Source of the DNA: Amphiscolops sp. MND2022
Taxonomy: Eukaryota
Direction of reading: 5' to 3'
Length of the DNA stretch: 64,000 nucleotides
NCBI GenBank assembly: GCA_964187785.1
Contig: OZ076413.1
Coordinates: 49,726,001 to 49,790,000 of the forward strand
Every line of letters begins with the position of its first letter. Position 1 is the first letter of the stretch. This document shows, piece by piece, positions 37,728-50,662 of this stretch. The notes under the pieces were generated by a model. The model was not told the DNA's origin. It did no database searches and saw only the letters and a list, made by a program, of their open reading frames with translations. Made by a program: the position numbers and the translations under genes.

Positions 37728-39240
37728 AACAAGCCGGGAACTGTCCAAGTCGACGGCCCGCTCAAGGTTCAAAAGAGTAAAGTTTTTTTAATGCAAAAGG
37801 ACACTATAGTTTAAATGTTATCATTTTTACAGTGTCAAAAATACTCAAAGGGATACGCATAAGAATCGGAAACTTAAATTTGGATCAATTTTTTCGGAAA
37901 ATGTCACATAGTGCCGAAATTCCCAGGCAGTCCTCTATGCCCGCAAAGCATTTAGCTCCTAGTGAAAATCGAGTGGGCTTGGATGAAAACAAATATGGAA
38001 AGAACTGCATAGTGCCGAAACAAACGACGGTCTTTTTTTAAAAAAATGGATATAGCCTCCTGGGCCACTGGCAAAACTTACTTTTGAAACGAAAAATTAT
38101 TGTTTTGAATATATATGCCGAAAAATATCAATGCCGAAAATTGTAGAAGGTGGGACCGCTGGGTTTCTCCTAAACATTTTAACCTCTATACTAAAAAGTG
38201 GTACATACAGGGTGAGGTCTGTGGTATTACGAATAAAAACAAGACGGGAACGTCCCAAGTCCGCGCAATATCTAAGGCTCAAAAACATTCAAGGAACAAC
38301 TATTGGAACCATTTGGAAAAAATATTTTTTTTCAAAAAAAGTATTTGGTAAAAAAAAGTCGCACAATGCCTGAAAAACCCGAAATGAGGTCATTTAGGCT
38401 CATTAAACGTTTTTTACAAACTGAAAACTTTTTAAAAATGCAAGGGGGTGGTAAACCCTTTGATAAAATTCGAAAATTTTCGAAAAAAGTCTCATAGTGC
38501 CGAAAAAACCCAAAGGGGGCACCCTTTGGTCTCACCTGTACTTTTGGAAGCATAAAAAATTATGGTTTAGTGCCAGAATCGAACCCACGCTCTCCGGTTT
38601 GGTCGAAGAAAATTGGTCGAAGTTGAACAATGAACAAATTCTAAGAAAAGTGGACCACTCAGAGTGAGATTGTCAACTGAAAAAAAACTACTCACTGTAG
38701 TAGTCGTGCTTTTTTCCTTAAAGGAAAAGGCGCCGACTAAAAAGAAACAAGACGGGATCGTCTAAAGTTGGCGCTATATCTAAGGCTCAAAAAGCGCAAA
38801 TATTTTAGGACACGCTCAGGATGTTTTTTTAAATGAAAAAGTCTCAGTTTCGAAACACTGTAAGGGTGCCTGTCGTGTTCGGAAAACGATTCAGAAGTTG
38901 CGAGCCCTTTTTTGATTCTACGCCTCCTCCTCAGTAAAACGCAAATTACTTCGAATATAATGTCGTCGAAAAATCGGATTTAGCGCTTTACTCCGGATAT
39001 TATTTCGGAAAGTATCGAAAAAGGGGGACCCTATAGTCTCGTCCGGTTTTGTAGCTTACGTTGAAAATGGAATAAATGATAGGGGAACATTTGCACTAAG
39101 TTAGGTGCATTTCCGCTTGTCGGTCCAGTAGTTTGGTAGTTCTGTAAAATGTCCACTACGCATACATTTTGTCTGACGAAAAAAAAACTAGCCACTGTAA
39201 TAGTCGGGCTCATTTTCTACTAGGATGCGCCAAATAAAAA
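37728..39240 (-). mobile_element. Cluster of three tandem Helentron/DINE-1-like copies (starting at 37728, 38238 and 38746 on the + strand reading)
   Basis: Each begins AACAAG(A/C)CGGGA...AAGT...AAGG(C/T)TCAAAA; two end ...CACTGTA(A/G)TAGTCG...GCGCC(GAC/AAA)TAAAAA. Confidence 0.7.
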
Positions 39241-39612
39241 CATTTTGAAATCACTCGAATTATATCTAAAACCACTGAATTAGGAATCAAAAGCACTCGA
39301 ATATTGCTAAGACTACTAAAATAGTAACCAATGCTACTGGAAATCTATAAATCAACTCACTTGAATGCGGTTTTAACGCACTGGAATAATAGCTAAAACC
39401 ACTGAATTAGGAGCAAAAACCACTAAAATATTTAAAACTGCCTGAAATAAGATCTTCGAACCACTTCTGAAAACCACTGGAATTAGATCAAAAGGCAATG
39501 TATGTAATAAAATCTGAAAGCACTTAAATATCATCTAAACCATTGATTAAAGAATTAAACCCACTGGAACATTGAAAATCACTGGAATAATATCTGAAAA
39601 CCGCTGGAATCT
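39241..39612. repeat. Degenerate ~21-bp minisatellite (AAAACCACTGGAAT core), also at 37630-37720
   Basis: Repeated accactgaa/ccactggaa/cactaaaa cores at roughly 20-bp spacing. The array appears split by the Helentron-like cluster. Confidence 0.6.
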
Positions 39613-41616
39613 TAGTACGTTCTTAGAAAGAATCTTGCCATGGGTTTCATGGCCGCCATATGTAGTAATAATTTGGAAAGATCTTGCATTGGTAGCCAAG
39701 ATGCTAGTACGAAGGTCAACTCGAGTACATAGCTGAGATTAGAATAAACAAGGCGATATCAAGGCTTTCAAGAGTAAACGGGAATGTGTAAGAATATGCA
39801 ACACCTTGGCAACAGTTGCAAGAGATTTTGCAATTCAATCTGGGAAAGAATACAATAGAGTGTACGTTTTTCAGCCTGCGTGCAATGTTTGGTGAAGACA
39901 TCATCAAGAATGCAATTTACCGTTCAGAAAGCAAAGAAGAATATTTGGACAAAGTGCCCATTGTTTTCAGTTAGTATGATAACGCTGTTAGAGTAAGTTA
40001 GAATGGCACTTTATGCTTACTTGGAAGCTACTGTAAATATAGAAGTACTCAAAGAGCTACTTTTTTGGATCATTGGGGAAATCTCAAAACTTCAAGAGGG
40101 TGGGTCCTTTTGGCTGTTCAAGTTTTAATAGTAGCCTGTAATAACAATATTACAAGATAAAAAACATTTTGAATCTTTAGCAGATGTATCACGAAACTCA
40201 GTTCAACAAATGAACCACTCCCTGAGAAAGTGTTTTCCCCAGGTTGTCATAAAATAAAAACCTTTTGAACACTAGCAACAAATACATGTTCAAAAAATTT
40301 GATTTTTTTTTCAAATAACGTTTGAAAATTTTTTGTTGATGCTTCTTCTTAGTGGATGTTTCAAAAGACATTTTAATAGGTCAGACAATTGATGTGGCAT
40401 GTCGCGACAGAGAAGTTGAAGTTTGGAATGACTTGAATGGTTTTTAATGTGAGGCTTTTAATATCTCAAAAACAGATTGGAATGACGTACCGGACTCTAG
40501 ACGTCAGTATCGGTGTCGAAAAAGCATTTTTTTGGGGGGAATGTTTTGTCTTTTTTAAAATTGGTAACAGAAAAAAACGCCTTTTCTCATTCCTATGCAT
40601 TATATACCGTCGGTGGTCTATGAAAATTTCATAAAGCGATCAATGTTATCTGCCAAATTTCCACGATGTGATAACCATTTCACGATTTCCATCACATACA
40701 GTTGAATCGACAAAGTTGCTAACAACAACTTCAATTGAAACATGAAGTTATGTGTTTTACGTGCGAATTAGAGCCGATGTAGTTCAAAAATATCAGATGC
40801 TTTCATTAACAAGACGCCCCCGGAGCAGCGAGATATTTTCCGCCCCGAACTGTTATACAACTACATAAATTTGAGGCTCAAGAATAGCCAATGCACTATA
40901 AAAACGCTAAGAAGTTCGAAGAATAGAAAGCTTCGATTCATCTTTTCCCATTTTTAAAGGAAACACCAATTTTATTATTTCTGCGATAGCTGGCCAGTTT
41001 TCGTTTTTTTTTGGCACTACGCGACTTACCCAGTAGAAAAAACTTTCATTTTTTTCCGGAGACATTTTTTACGCAATTTTTAGTTTTTAAGGTTTTCTGT
41101 AAAGGAAAAAAGTTCCCCAGAGTCTTGAAGGTGACCTCTTTGTCACTTTTGATCATGTGGAACTGATGCGGTTTTTATTGACTGTTGAGAGTACCTAATT
41201 GCAGTTTTTCGGCTCTGTGGGTCTTTCCGAACTTTCATTTGGTCGAAGGGTACCCCTTTGGTTTCATAGTTGATTTCGTCATGAGGAAAGTAGTTTCGCC
41301 ATCATATGACTTTACCGAAAAAAATCAAAAAATTGGAAATTTGTGAATCCTGTTGGCAAAATCAGGTTTCCGAGTCTCAGGAGTTTTTATTGCATGTGTT
41401 TTCTGATTGAAATAAAATTTCGGAAAGGGTCCAAAATTGGGACTATATTGCCGAAAATTGAGGAAAATTGGAATTTTAGACACCTTTGTTGTAAACTCGA
41501 CAAACTTCTTCCTACTTTTTCCCCCAACTTGCGTTTTCAATACCAACGCTCGGGTCAATGGAAGTTCTGTTGTACGAAAATGTTCGTGGTTTCAATGAAA
41601 ATTGGGATTAATTTGT

Positions 41617-41995
41617 AACAAGCCGGGAACGGCCCAAGTCGGCGCCATATCTAAGGCTCAAAAAGACTCGAAAACCACATTTTCTACAACTGGAGACAAC
41701 AAAAACTCTCAAAAAACTAAAAATTGAGAAAAAAATTTCCGAATTTTTTTTTGATTTTTTTTTCGAAGTTTCCGGTAAGTCTCATAGTGCCGAAAATGTA
41801 AAAGGGGGGACGCTTTTTCTCATGTTAGACGCATTGGATGCGTTGAAAATGAAGTATCAAGTACATATGGTAAAAGTTGGTGAACATGCATTAATTGGAT
41901 TAATGCACAAAAGTGGACGTTACGCGTTGAACTGACGAAAAAAAACTAGCCACTGTAAGAGTCGGGATTTTCTTCGAAAACGCCGACTGAAAAAA
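41617..41995 (-). mobile_element. Helentron/DINE-1-like element, complete short copy
   Basis: AACAAGCCGGGAACGGCCCAAGTCGGCGCC ... CGCCGACTGAAAAAA; subterminal inverted repeat AGTCGGCG/CGCCGACT. Confidence 0.75.
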
Positions 41996-42749
41996 GGTGC
42001 CTTTTTGTTGTTTAAAGGATTTTGGGGTGCTTTGAGACCAATTCCAACACAAAAAAGCAATTATATCTTCAAATAGCCCACAGGATAGTGGGATTAGTCA
42101 TTGTTGACATTGTTGACATTGTTGAGTTCTGAAAACTTTTTTATGCAGAAAATAAGCTCGAAAATTGTACAAAAAGTGCCTAAAAATGTAAAAAACAATA
42201 TCAAAATTCTGTTTTTGCAAAATTTGGGTCTTTCTGAGGAAACTATTTTGCATAAAAGATTATAAAATTTTCTTTTAAACCGTGCTGTGGATCTAGTTTT
42301 ATCATCTAGAGCTGTTTGAAGCTTTTACTCTCAACAAAATTTACTGAAACTATCAGAAATCAGCAAAATTCTGACATTTTCAACTTTTTGCGGCCAGTTT
42401 CGAGCCATTTTCCATACGAAGTCTGCAAATATTTCTTTATTGAAAGGCCGACTGAATTATGCGTTCAATCTTTGTTGAACGTTTGCCATCATTTTGAATC
42501 CAAAACGATTTAAAAAGTAGACATATGTTGCTTAAAAACGGAGATGTTGGAAACCAAAAATATAGTAGTGTTTTTGAAGCAAAACGCTGCAACGTTCTCT
42601 TAAAAAAATATATTGCATAGCTCGTTATTTCGTTGTTGAGTGTTATGGATTTAATAACGAAAACTCTCGGGAATTGTGCAGAATATCCATCAAAAACGAC
42701 AAAAACTTGGATTTTTTTGACAATATAAAGGTCAACTTTAAGCATTTTC

Positions 42750-43810
42750 TTTTAGTATTTGAACCTATCTGTTGACGAAAACTGACGGAAACAACAACTT
42801 TTCCGTTTTTAGGGGCTTTAACATTCTAGTCCACTAAGTCTGTTGATAGTTTGACAAAAATTTAACAAAAATGATGAAAAAAAAATTGTGATTTTCTCAT
42901 TTTTTCGATGTCAATTCCAGACATTAGTTTTAATTGAAAAACTGGATTCATCTCTCCACTAAGCATACTGGACAACACATTCTTTTCTTGGTGACCCTTT
43001 ACAAAATTCCAATCTCCGGAGTTTGTAGCAAATTTGAAAAAAAGAACTGCATAAAACTTTGAAAATTGAAAAATTTTGGTATTTTTGTCAATTTCGGTGT
43101 CAATTTGAGTTTTTTCATTCACAAAACTGAAACTACCTCAACCTTGAAGACTACAGGACAACGAATTACTACCTTGATGAACGTTTTCAAGATTCCAATC
43201 CACGGAATCTGTCCAAATTCTGACAGAAATTGCATATAAACTTTGAAAATTGGAAAAGTTCGGGTTTATGTCAATTTTGGTGCCAATTTGAGATATTTTT
43301 TTACACAACTGCATTAAATTCTCCGGAAAAACCTATTGGACTAATATTTTTTTCCTTGCTCACGCGTCTCAACATTCTAATCCACGAAGTTTGTCAAAAA
43401 TTTTACAAAACTTGCATAAAATCTTTGAAAAATGGACAGTTTCGGGTTTTTTGTTATTTTTGGTGTCAATTTGAGACCTTTTTCATTAGAAAAATAGCAA
43501 TTATATTCTCGGAAAGGCCTACTGGACAGCCAATGCATGCCGTGTTGACCGTGTTCAACATTCTAATCAACGAAGTCTAACGAAAATTCGACAAAAATTG
43601 CATAAAATCATTAAAAATGCAAAAAAATTTTAATTTTTGTCATTTTTGGGGTCAATTTTATTGTACAAAACCGCATTTATATCTTCATAGAAGACTATTG
43701 GACAACGAATTTGTGCCTTGTTGAACGTTTTCAACCTTCTAATTTGCGGTGTCTATCAGAAAATTGACAAAAATTTGCTTAAAAACGGTAAAAATTAAGA
43801 AATTTAGGAA
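42750..43810. repeat. Degenerate tandem array, ~185-bp unit, about 6 copies
   Basis: Recurring TGTCAATTT..., (A)CTA(C/T)TGGACAAC, CAACATTCTAATCCAC and AATTGCATAAA blocks at ~180-190 bp spacing. Confidence 0.7.
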
Positions 43811-46674
43811 TTTTTAGGAATAAGGGGTCATTTTCGTCATTCCCAAAAAGACTACAAAAATCTCTACAAATACATATTGCACGAAGCTAAATTTTTGTGA
43901 GTTGGATTCTATGGGTAACACCCTTAAAGTAAAATTTAAATTTTGGTGCTTGGCAAATTTTGTAAAAAAAACCATTTGATTTAAATATTTTCCTTTCCCA
44001 TATATGAAATGTGGGCGGAAAATAATAACACTCTGATTTGTTCCGTGAATTCTTCAAAGAACAAGTGTTTAAATCTTTCGAATGATAAGCCCTTTGATAA
44101 AAGCAGTAATAACATATCTGGACTGTTTGAGGTTGCTGGGTTTTTCATAATGGAGGTTTGGACAATCAATTGTTTCAGCCGATGACGAATGTGACGTGTT
44201 ATCAAACTTCTCAGTGGGGAATATGTTTGGTGAGTTTATGTAATTAACGGATGCTTCCATAATCATGACTATATAGCATCAATAACAACATCAAAGTTGA
44301 AGTTTTATTAAATACGTTAATATATACTTTAAGAACCAAAAAGTCAAGTTTTGTCTCTTTCTAACTGATAGAGTTTAGTTTGCTGGAAACTCAGCATCTC
44401 GAATAAAAAAGATTATACAATGAATTATACCCCAGAAAACACGCATGTAGTTAGAAGAACACATTGGATTATCATCAACTTTGCGAAGGGGATGTTAACT
44501 TTGAGCAATCGAGACTGTTTAATGGTGCACAAGGTTTTCCCAAGTCAGAAACCAGACGGTGCAAATTTGGAGAGTATTTGAACAAGGTGAATTATATTTT
44601 TAGATCCAAGTCGTCGTGGATCATATTGTATCCAAAACGTACAATCAGTGACAACAATCTCCTCAGAAGGTGAAAACGGGCTAATTTTAGACAACGGCGA
44701 ATCGGAAGAAGCGAAAAACGATGTAGTTTCTGAAAACATCAAACCGCCGGAAACTAACGCGGAGCTTGCATCAAGTAAAGTTGAGTCAGCAGAATCGATG
44801 ATTGGACCAGTTTACGTTTCAGACGATATCGAATTCACCGAAATTGAAAATATAACGATATTAGACAATTTCGAAATGGCCGACACCAAAAATGTCACAA
44901 TTTCAACGTCTACAGTCTCAGACAACATTGAGCCGAACGAAGCAAAAAAATTTTCAGATTTAGAGAACGTCGAAGCAAGTGATACTAAAATTGGATTATT
45001 CTCAGAGAATATAGATTCTACTGAAACAATCTTTGAACTTGTTTCAAACACACCCGAATCGAGAGACAACGAAAATGAGTCACTTGAACCGAAAATCGAA
45101 CTGGCTGCAGAAAATATTGAGCCAACAGAAACAAAAACTGAGCTCTACTGAGAAAGAAACTGGAAGTAACTAAAACTTGAGCAGTCCTTAAAAGGTCATA
45201 AAGAGACTGAAAGAATTACAGCAAATGATGACATTTTGCAGAATTTAAATCTACCATGGTTATTGACGTTGGGGTGATTACAATACTTTATGAAAATCGA
45301 CCAGCATAACACTGATTAAAATTTCGTCGATTTTAGAAATGTACTGCCAACTATAAATTGGTGATGCATAAACACTGGTCATGTATGGGTTGAAGTATAT
45401 ATCAGAGTCGGTTCTGATATAGGACATTACGTCCAATAAATGGAAAATTTTGTTGTATGACTCTGCCTTCATCCTTCGAGGGCACTGTCAAAAGCAGCCA
45501 CTAGAACGGTAAAGGCACGTAGCTCCGCTTCACTTCACTCCTGTTTGGGATACCAGAGGTAAGTGGCCGTGGTAAATAACGATTGTCTTCCTTGGACATT
45601 AGTTTCTTCCGCAATTTTTGGACGTAACTTACCGTCCCCATAATTTTTGGGAGTAACGTATTATTCACTTTCGGCATAATGTCCGCTTATGGCGTAATGT
45701 CTTTGGCTAGAATGTCCGGACACTATAAGAGCCTGAATCTATTAAACGATTAATCGATTAAGCGGTAAATAGGTTGTTAAACATCTAAAATTTCATTTGG
45801 TGAAAGCTCAATGGTGAAATGGAACACAATTTTGAAAGCCCAAAAACAAAAAATAAATTGAAGAGAACTTTTTTGAACTCAGTTTCAAAATCGCCCAGTG
45901 TGAATTTCTGGGAAATCATGACAATATATTTTCTTCTCCATGAAAACCTTGATAGAGCCTCCAATAGTCTCCAATTGCGGCTTGATCAGTGTACCTATTA
46001 CAAGGCAGGCAATAACGCTACCAATCAAGCCATCAAATGTTGAATTTCAATACTTTGTGTTGTCCTATATTAGCAACACTCGAAATAATTTGTTTCTTGA
46101 AACTTTTGATGAGACTCTTGTCAAGTGTCTGATCAACGTTTTCACGAAAATGCCAGATTTTCATCAAACATTCCAAGAGTTTTCACACTAGGATATTTTG
46201 AAATTAAAGTCTTTAAAATAGTTCTCTTGTGTTTCAATTGTTTTTCGGGCTTCCAAGATTCATATCAAGAAATTTTATAAATTTGTATGAAACAAGAATG
46301 AACAATGTTTTCTCAAAGCTTTCAGGAGTGAACAGGAATTTGTAAGAATATGCAAAATTTTTGCAAGATAATTTGCACTGGGCTGCCACACCCACTCGAT
46401 GAACATCTGCAACTTCGGTCTCAGTCTGTAGGAACTGCAACCATTTTTTGATGATGGTACTAATTGACTTTACTCGAAGCAGCAATTAAAGGGCAATTAA
46501 AGGACATTTCCTCAGCAACTGATAATGGAAACTTCATTTCCGATCTCAGCACCCAAAATACATCTCAGTAGATCTTCGTTATTACTCCTCAAAAATTGAT
46601 GATCTAATCCCATCAAAATGAAAACCCACAAAGCCCTAACACAGCACGATGGAGTTGGTTGCAATTGTTAGATT

Positions 46675-48050
46675 GGTTATCAGACAAAAGCGCCCCAGAC
46701 AAAAGCGCCCCAAACAAAAGCTCCCCAGACAAAAGCGCCCCAGACAAAAGCGCCCCAGACAAAAGCGCCCCAGACAAAAGCGCCCCAGACAAAAGCGCCC
46801 CAGACAAAAACGCCCCAGACAAAAGCGCCCCAGACAAAAGCGCCCCAGACAAAAACGCCCCAGACAAAAACGCCCCAGACAAAAACGCCCCAGACAAAAA
46901 CGCCCCAGACAAAAACGCCCCAGACAAAAGCGCCCTTGTCAAAAGCGCCCAAAAAACACTGTCAAAAGCGCCCCAGTCAAAAGCGACCCAATTGAATGGG
47001 TCTCAGGATTTAATTGCCTTGATTTCGTCTCACGAATTAAATAAGTGTCTTGGTTCAATGCTTGGTATCGAAATGTCGATTACGTAATGAAATTGTTTGA
47101 ATCAAATGACTCAATTTATAAGTCATTTCAAAACCCATCCTATCAAGACTGGATAGCTCTGTGGTCAAAACTTTAGTTGTTGACTATTAGTCATCGAGTT
47201 CGAAACTAACTACATGGAAATTTTTCATGAAAAAGTCTCATTCAATGTGATGACCCGGAAACAATGTGATGACCAGGGGTTCTGGGTTGAGGTGGGAGAG
47301 AAGAAAATTTTATTTAAAAACCCCCTCTTTATGGTGACAAATTCTCAGAGCTGTAACATGCACATTTTTAGAAAAAACAGGATGTTTTGAAATTTTGGTC
47401 AATTTTTTTCAACAAGACACAATAACAACAAAAAAACAAAAGTTCATCTACCGCTGATGCTCTGGAATGCCAAAATTGAAAGCGCATTTTCTGAGAAACA
47501 ACATGATGTCTTTCTTGTCGTACGATTTCACTGCTGCAATCAAATTCTTGTTCATTTTAAGGAACTTCGGTCGAATGATGACTTTCTGCTCCCCAGCCAG
47601 AATTCTTTCAAACTTCAGTTCGTTATTTTTTTAAGTAAGTGAGCATTTTGATTTTTTGTTTGAATTGCACGCTCGTACATTATTCTTGAGTAAGACCAAA
47701 CTGCTGTACCTGGCGGAACAGAAACCGAGATGAAATCAGATAAATCAGCTTGCTTTAGAAAAGCGTCTTCTGAATTTACAGGTTGGCTGCTTTTAAACAC
47801 GTGTGAAATTGTCACCCTCGGTAATATCCGGCTACGCAAACGGCCAATTAATTATGTGCAGTTAATAGAAATTAGTTGTGAAATCATTACAATTATTCGC
47901 GAGACGCATCTTGTTGGGGCGCTTTTGTCTGGGGCGCTTTTGTCTGGGGCGCTTTTGTCTGGGGCGCTTTTGTCTGGGGCGCTTTTGTCTGTGTAAAATG
48001 GGCGCTTTTGACTGGGGCGCTTTTGACTGGGGCGCTTTTGTCTGTACACG
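46675..48050. mobile_element. Foldback/Mutator-like non-autonomous element with inverted arms of 15-bp tandem repeats
   Basis: About 20 copies of CAGACAAAAGCGCCC at 46681-46990 and about 8 reverse-complement copies at 47915-48044. Flanks GTTAGATTG / GTTAGTTTG (8-9 bp TSD, one mismatch). Confidence 0.75.
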
Positions 48051-49014
48051 GTTAGTTTGCGAATTTCACGTACATTTCCTGAAAATTTCATATTATCTTC
48101 ATACAAACGTTTGTTTGACTCTTTACGATTTTTACCTATCGGATTGCTAGAATTGTGAAAACTTGAAACTTCGAAAAAATGTATAGGCAACTCAGTTGTA
48201 TTTCCTTTAAGTTGTTCCATACTGTCCACAGGATTGTTCAAAAAAGCTGGAAGGATAAAACTGCATACATATGCGCCCACGCAGCAAAATTGTTTTTCAA
48301 AAAATAATTATAAACAATGTTTTTCAAAGTGTATTCTGAACAAGTTACGAGAAGTACCAGATGAGACATCTGATGAGCGTTTTTCGATTTACCAGAAGTT
48401 TTGAAAGGGTGAAATACTAAAGAGCCAAAGTGGGTTTAGAAAACTTCTGTCGATTGTTTCTTCAAACCTATTGTTTGGCATTTGCAATATTAGGATGACT
48501 TGAAAGAATATTACATATTTAGTTGTAAGAAAACAATCAACGGCCTGCTGTAGCCAATAACTTCATCTTTTCACTTTGTTCTTATCGAAATTGATTTTTT
48601 CTACAAAAGTCCATAATTTTCAAGTTTTCTTAATCTAGCTATTTTCACTCGCGTCAGTGCGTCTTTTTCCTACTTTTTGGTGGGCGCTTTTTAGTAATAA
48701 GTGCACGACTTCAATAGAGAAAGGTTTTTCTCTTCAATCACACGCTTTTATCAACCTGAAGCGTCCACTTTCATAAATTACAAATGGAGTATTAATTTTG
48801 AATGGAATTGTTTCAAATGAAGGTGGTTAACGAAGATTTTCAGGCCTGGATTTATATGTTAACAAAAAGGGCCGCCCTTTGAAGCCGCTTCACGTTTTGC
48901 AGAAACAAAGCGTTTTGCGAGCATGGAGGGCCCCTTAGAATTTTGTGGCAGAATTTGAATAAAAAATTCTTTTTGATTTTTTGACTCTTAGACTTTTTCC
49001 GGAAAGAAACACTT

Positions 49015-49656
49015 CCCGGGTTGACCCTCTTACTACATCTTGGCAGCCATGGATCCCATGGCAAGATTCTTATTAAGATCTTACTAAGATAATACTTAAT
49101 CCAAGATCGTATCTTATCACGATGATATATGCTCTAAAACTTCCAGACCGACTATCGGAAAGTTACAAAGGAAAAACCTTAAAATCCGGAAATTTTTGTA
49201 AAAACCATATTTCCAGCTTTCTTTGAGCCTGTTTCAGCAGCCTTATTACTGCTAGAAAAGGCGGTCATTGTATTAATTTGGGTAATGATTCAGCTCGAGG
49301 CTTTCTGACGTCGTTGTTGGCGACAGTTTTGCAATTGAATGAACAGTATAACCAGAGTCTTCCTAAATAAATTTCTCTTCAATCAAATTTTATACATTGC
49401 TAACAGAAGTCTTAATGTCTAACAATATAAATCTGCAGAAATGTTGATTTTGTTGACTTCTTTTAAGGTTTTTTCTGACCAAATAGGATTTTGCAATAGA
49501 ATTTTTCTTGGGAACATGGCTCTCTTAATAAGATCATACCATGGCATCTTGCAATTCTTGGCAATATCTTGGCAAGATCTTAGCTAAGATTTTTCCAAAA
49601 TCTTAGCAAGATCTTGCCAAGATCTTACTAAGACATCCATGGAGGGCTGACCCGGG
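49015..49656. mobile_element. CCC-terminated MITE (CMC/EnSpm-like)
   Basis: TIR CCCGGGTTGACCCTC / GAGGGCTGACCCGGG, TT on both flanks, subterminal AAGATCTT/CCATGG repeats. Related sequence at 39630-39710. Confidence 0.65.
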
Positions 49657-49858
49657 TTGTGGGCATTTTTTGTTCGAAAATTGTTTTTTTTTGCTTCGAG
49701 TTAGTGTAAAAGCTTTTTAAGTTTTAAAGTTTCAAGTTTTAAGTTTTAAAGTCTTATGGTCATACCTGCGGGTATTTTTTGACACTCTGAATTTCAAAAA
49801 AATTACTGTAGTGTCCCGATTACCAGAAAATACTACACAAGAAAATTCAACACAAGCC

Positions 49859-49980
49859 AGTAGTAATCAAATTCCCGTTCCTTATATATAAGAAAAATTT
49901 AAGCTCGTAAAATCATCAAAATTTAGCATTTTTCAAGGAAAACCATCTAAAACTAGCCTCTTTTCACAACTAAAAATTTA
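49859..49980 (+). repeat. Left TIR of the Polinton
   Basis: AGTAGT start; 49895-49980 (aaatttaagctcgtaaaatcatcaaaatt...ttcacaactaaaaa) is the reverse complement of 63915-64000. Confidence 0.92.
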
Positions 49981-50061
49981 ACAAAATAAAAATAAAATGA
50001 ACAAGTTTTTCCAATGGAAAATTCATTGACCAAGATATAATCATGGAAAAATAATTATTAA

Positions 50062-50457
50062 ATGAATTATTTATCATTCAAAGAATTTGTTAATAACTAT
50101 GGATTAAAAAATGAAGCAACTTCCAATGTAGAAATAAAAGAAATCTTAAAACTCATGAACACATCTTGTGGAATATATATGAGAGATGATAAATTTATAA
50201 CCACCAGTGGTATAGTTAACTTACATCCAACTAAAGGAACACATTGGCTCATGTTTACAAATCAAAATTATTTTGATTCATATGGCTGTCCACCACCACT
50301 AAATATAACAAAACAAATTAATAATGGTATCTATTCAGAATATCAAATCCAGAAAGACGACAGTTATTGTGCAGCTTATTGTTTGTATGTGTTATATCTT
50401 ACACAAATTATAGGCTTCAAAAATGCAGTTTTAAATTTATACTACCAAAATTTATAA
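50062..50457 (+). CDS. Adenain-like cysteine maturation protease
   Basis: GTHW...YFDSYG...YQIQ...SYCAAYC (His, Asp, Gln, Cys catalytic pattern). Confidence 0.9.
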   Translation: MNYLSFKEFVNNYGLKNEATSNVEIKEILKLMNTSCGIYMRDDKFITTSGIVNLHPTKGTHWLMFTNQNYFDSYGCPPPLNITKQINNGIYSEYQIQKDDSYCAAYCLYVLYLTQIIGFKNAVLNLYYQNL

Positions 50458-50464
50458 TTCTTAA

Positions 50465-50659
50465 ATGAAGAAAATTAATAATTATTCAGCTCAATTTAAA
50501 ACTTTTCAAAAACCAATGAATACCAATGAGAATCAATTTGATGAGAAAATAATAGAAAAAAATAATCCAAAAAATAATCAAAAAAAGAAATTATCAAAAC
50601 AAAACCAAGATTTTATAAATAAGATATCTGCAAGTGGATTTAAACAATTTTTCTCCTAA
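50465..50659 (+). CDS. Small basic hypothetical Polinton protein
   Basis: TAAATG start, tightly packed between protease and penton; no recognised motif. Confidence 0.45.
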   Translation: MKKINNYSAQFKTFQKPMNTNENQFDEKIIEKNNPKNNQKKKLSKQNQDFINKISASGFKQFFS

Positions 50660-50662
50660 TAA

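Noticed and set aside
46681..46990. CRISPR-like array
   Set aside because: Units are contiguous with no unique spacers; eukaryotic context and no cas genes.
46613..47087. Repeat-peptide ORFs (RQKRP)n, (DKSAP)n, (LSGAF)n
   Set aside because: By-products of a stop-free 15-bp tandem repeat in a transposon arm; no evidence of a gene.
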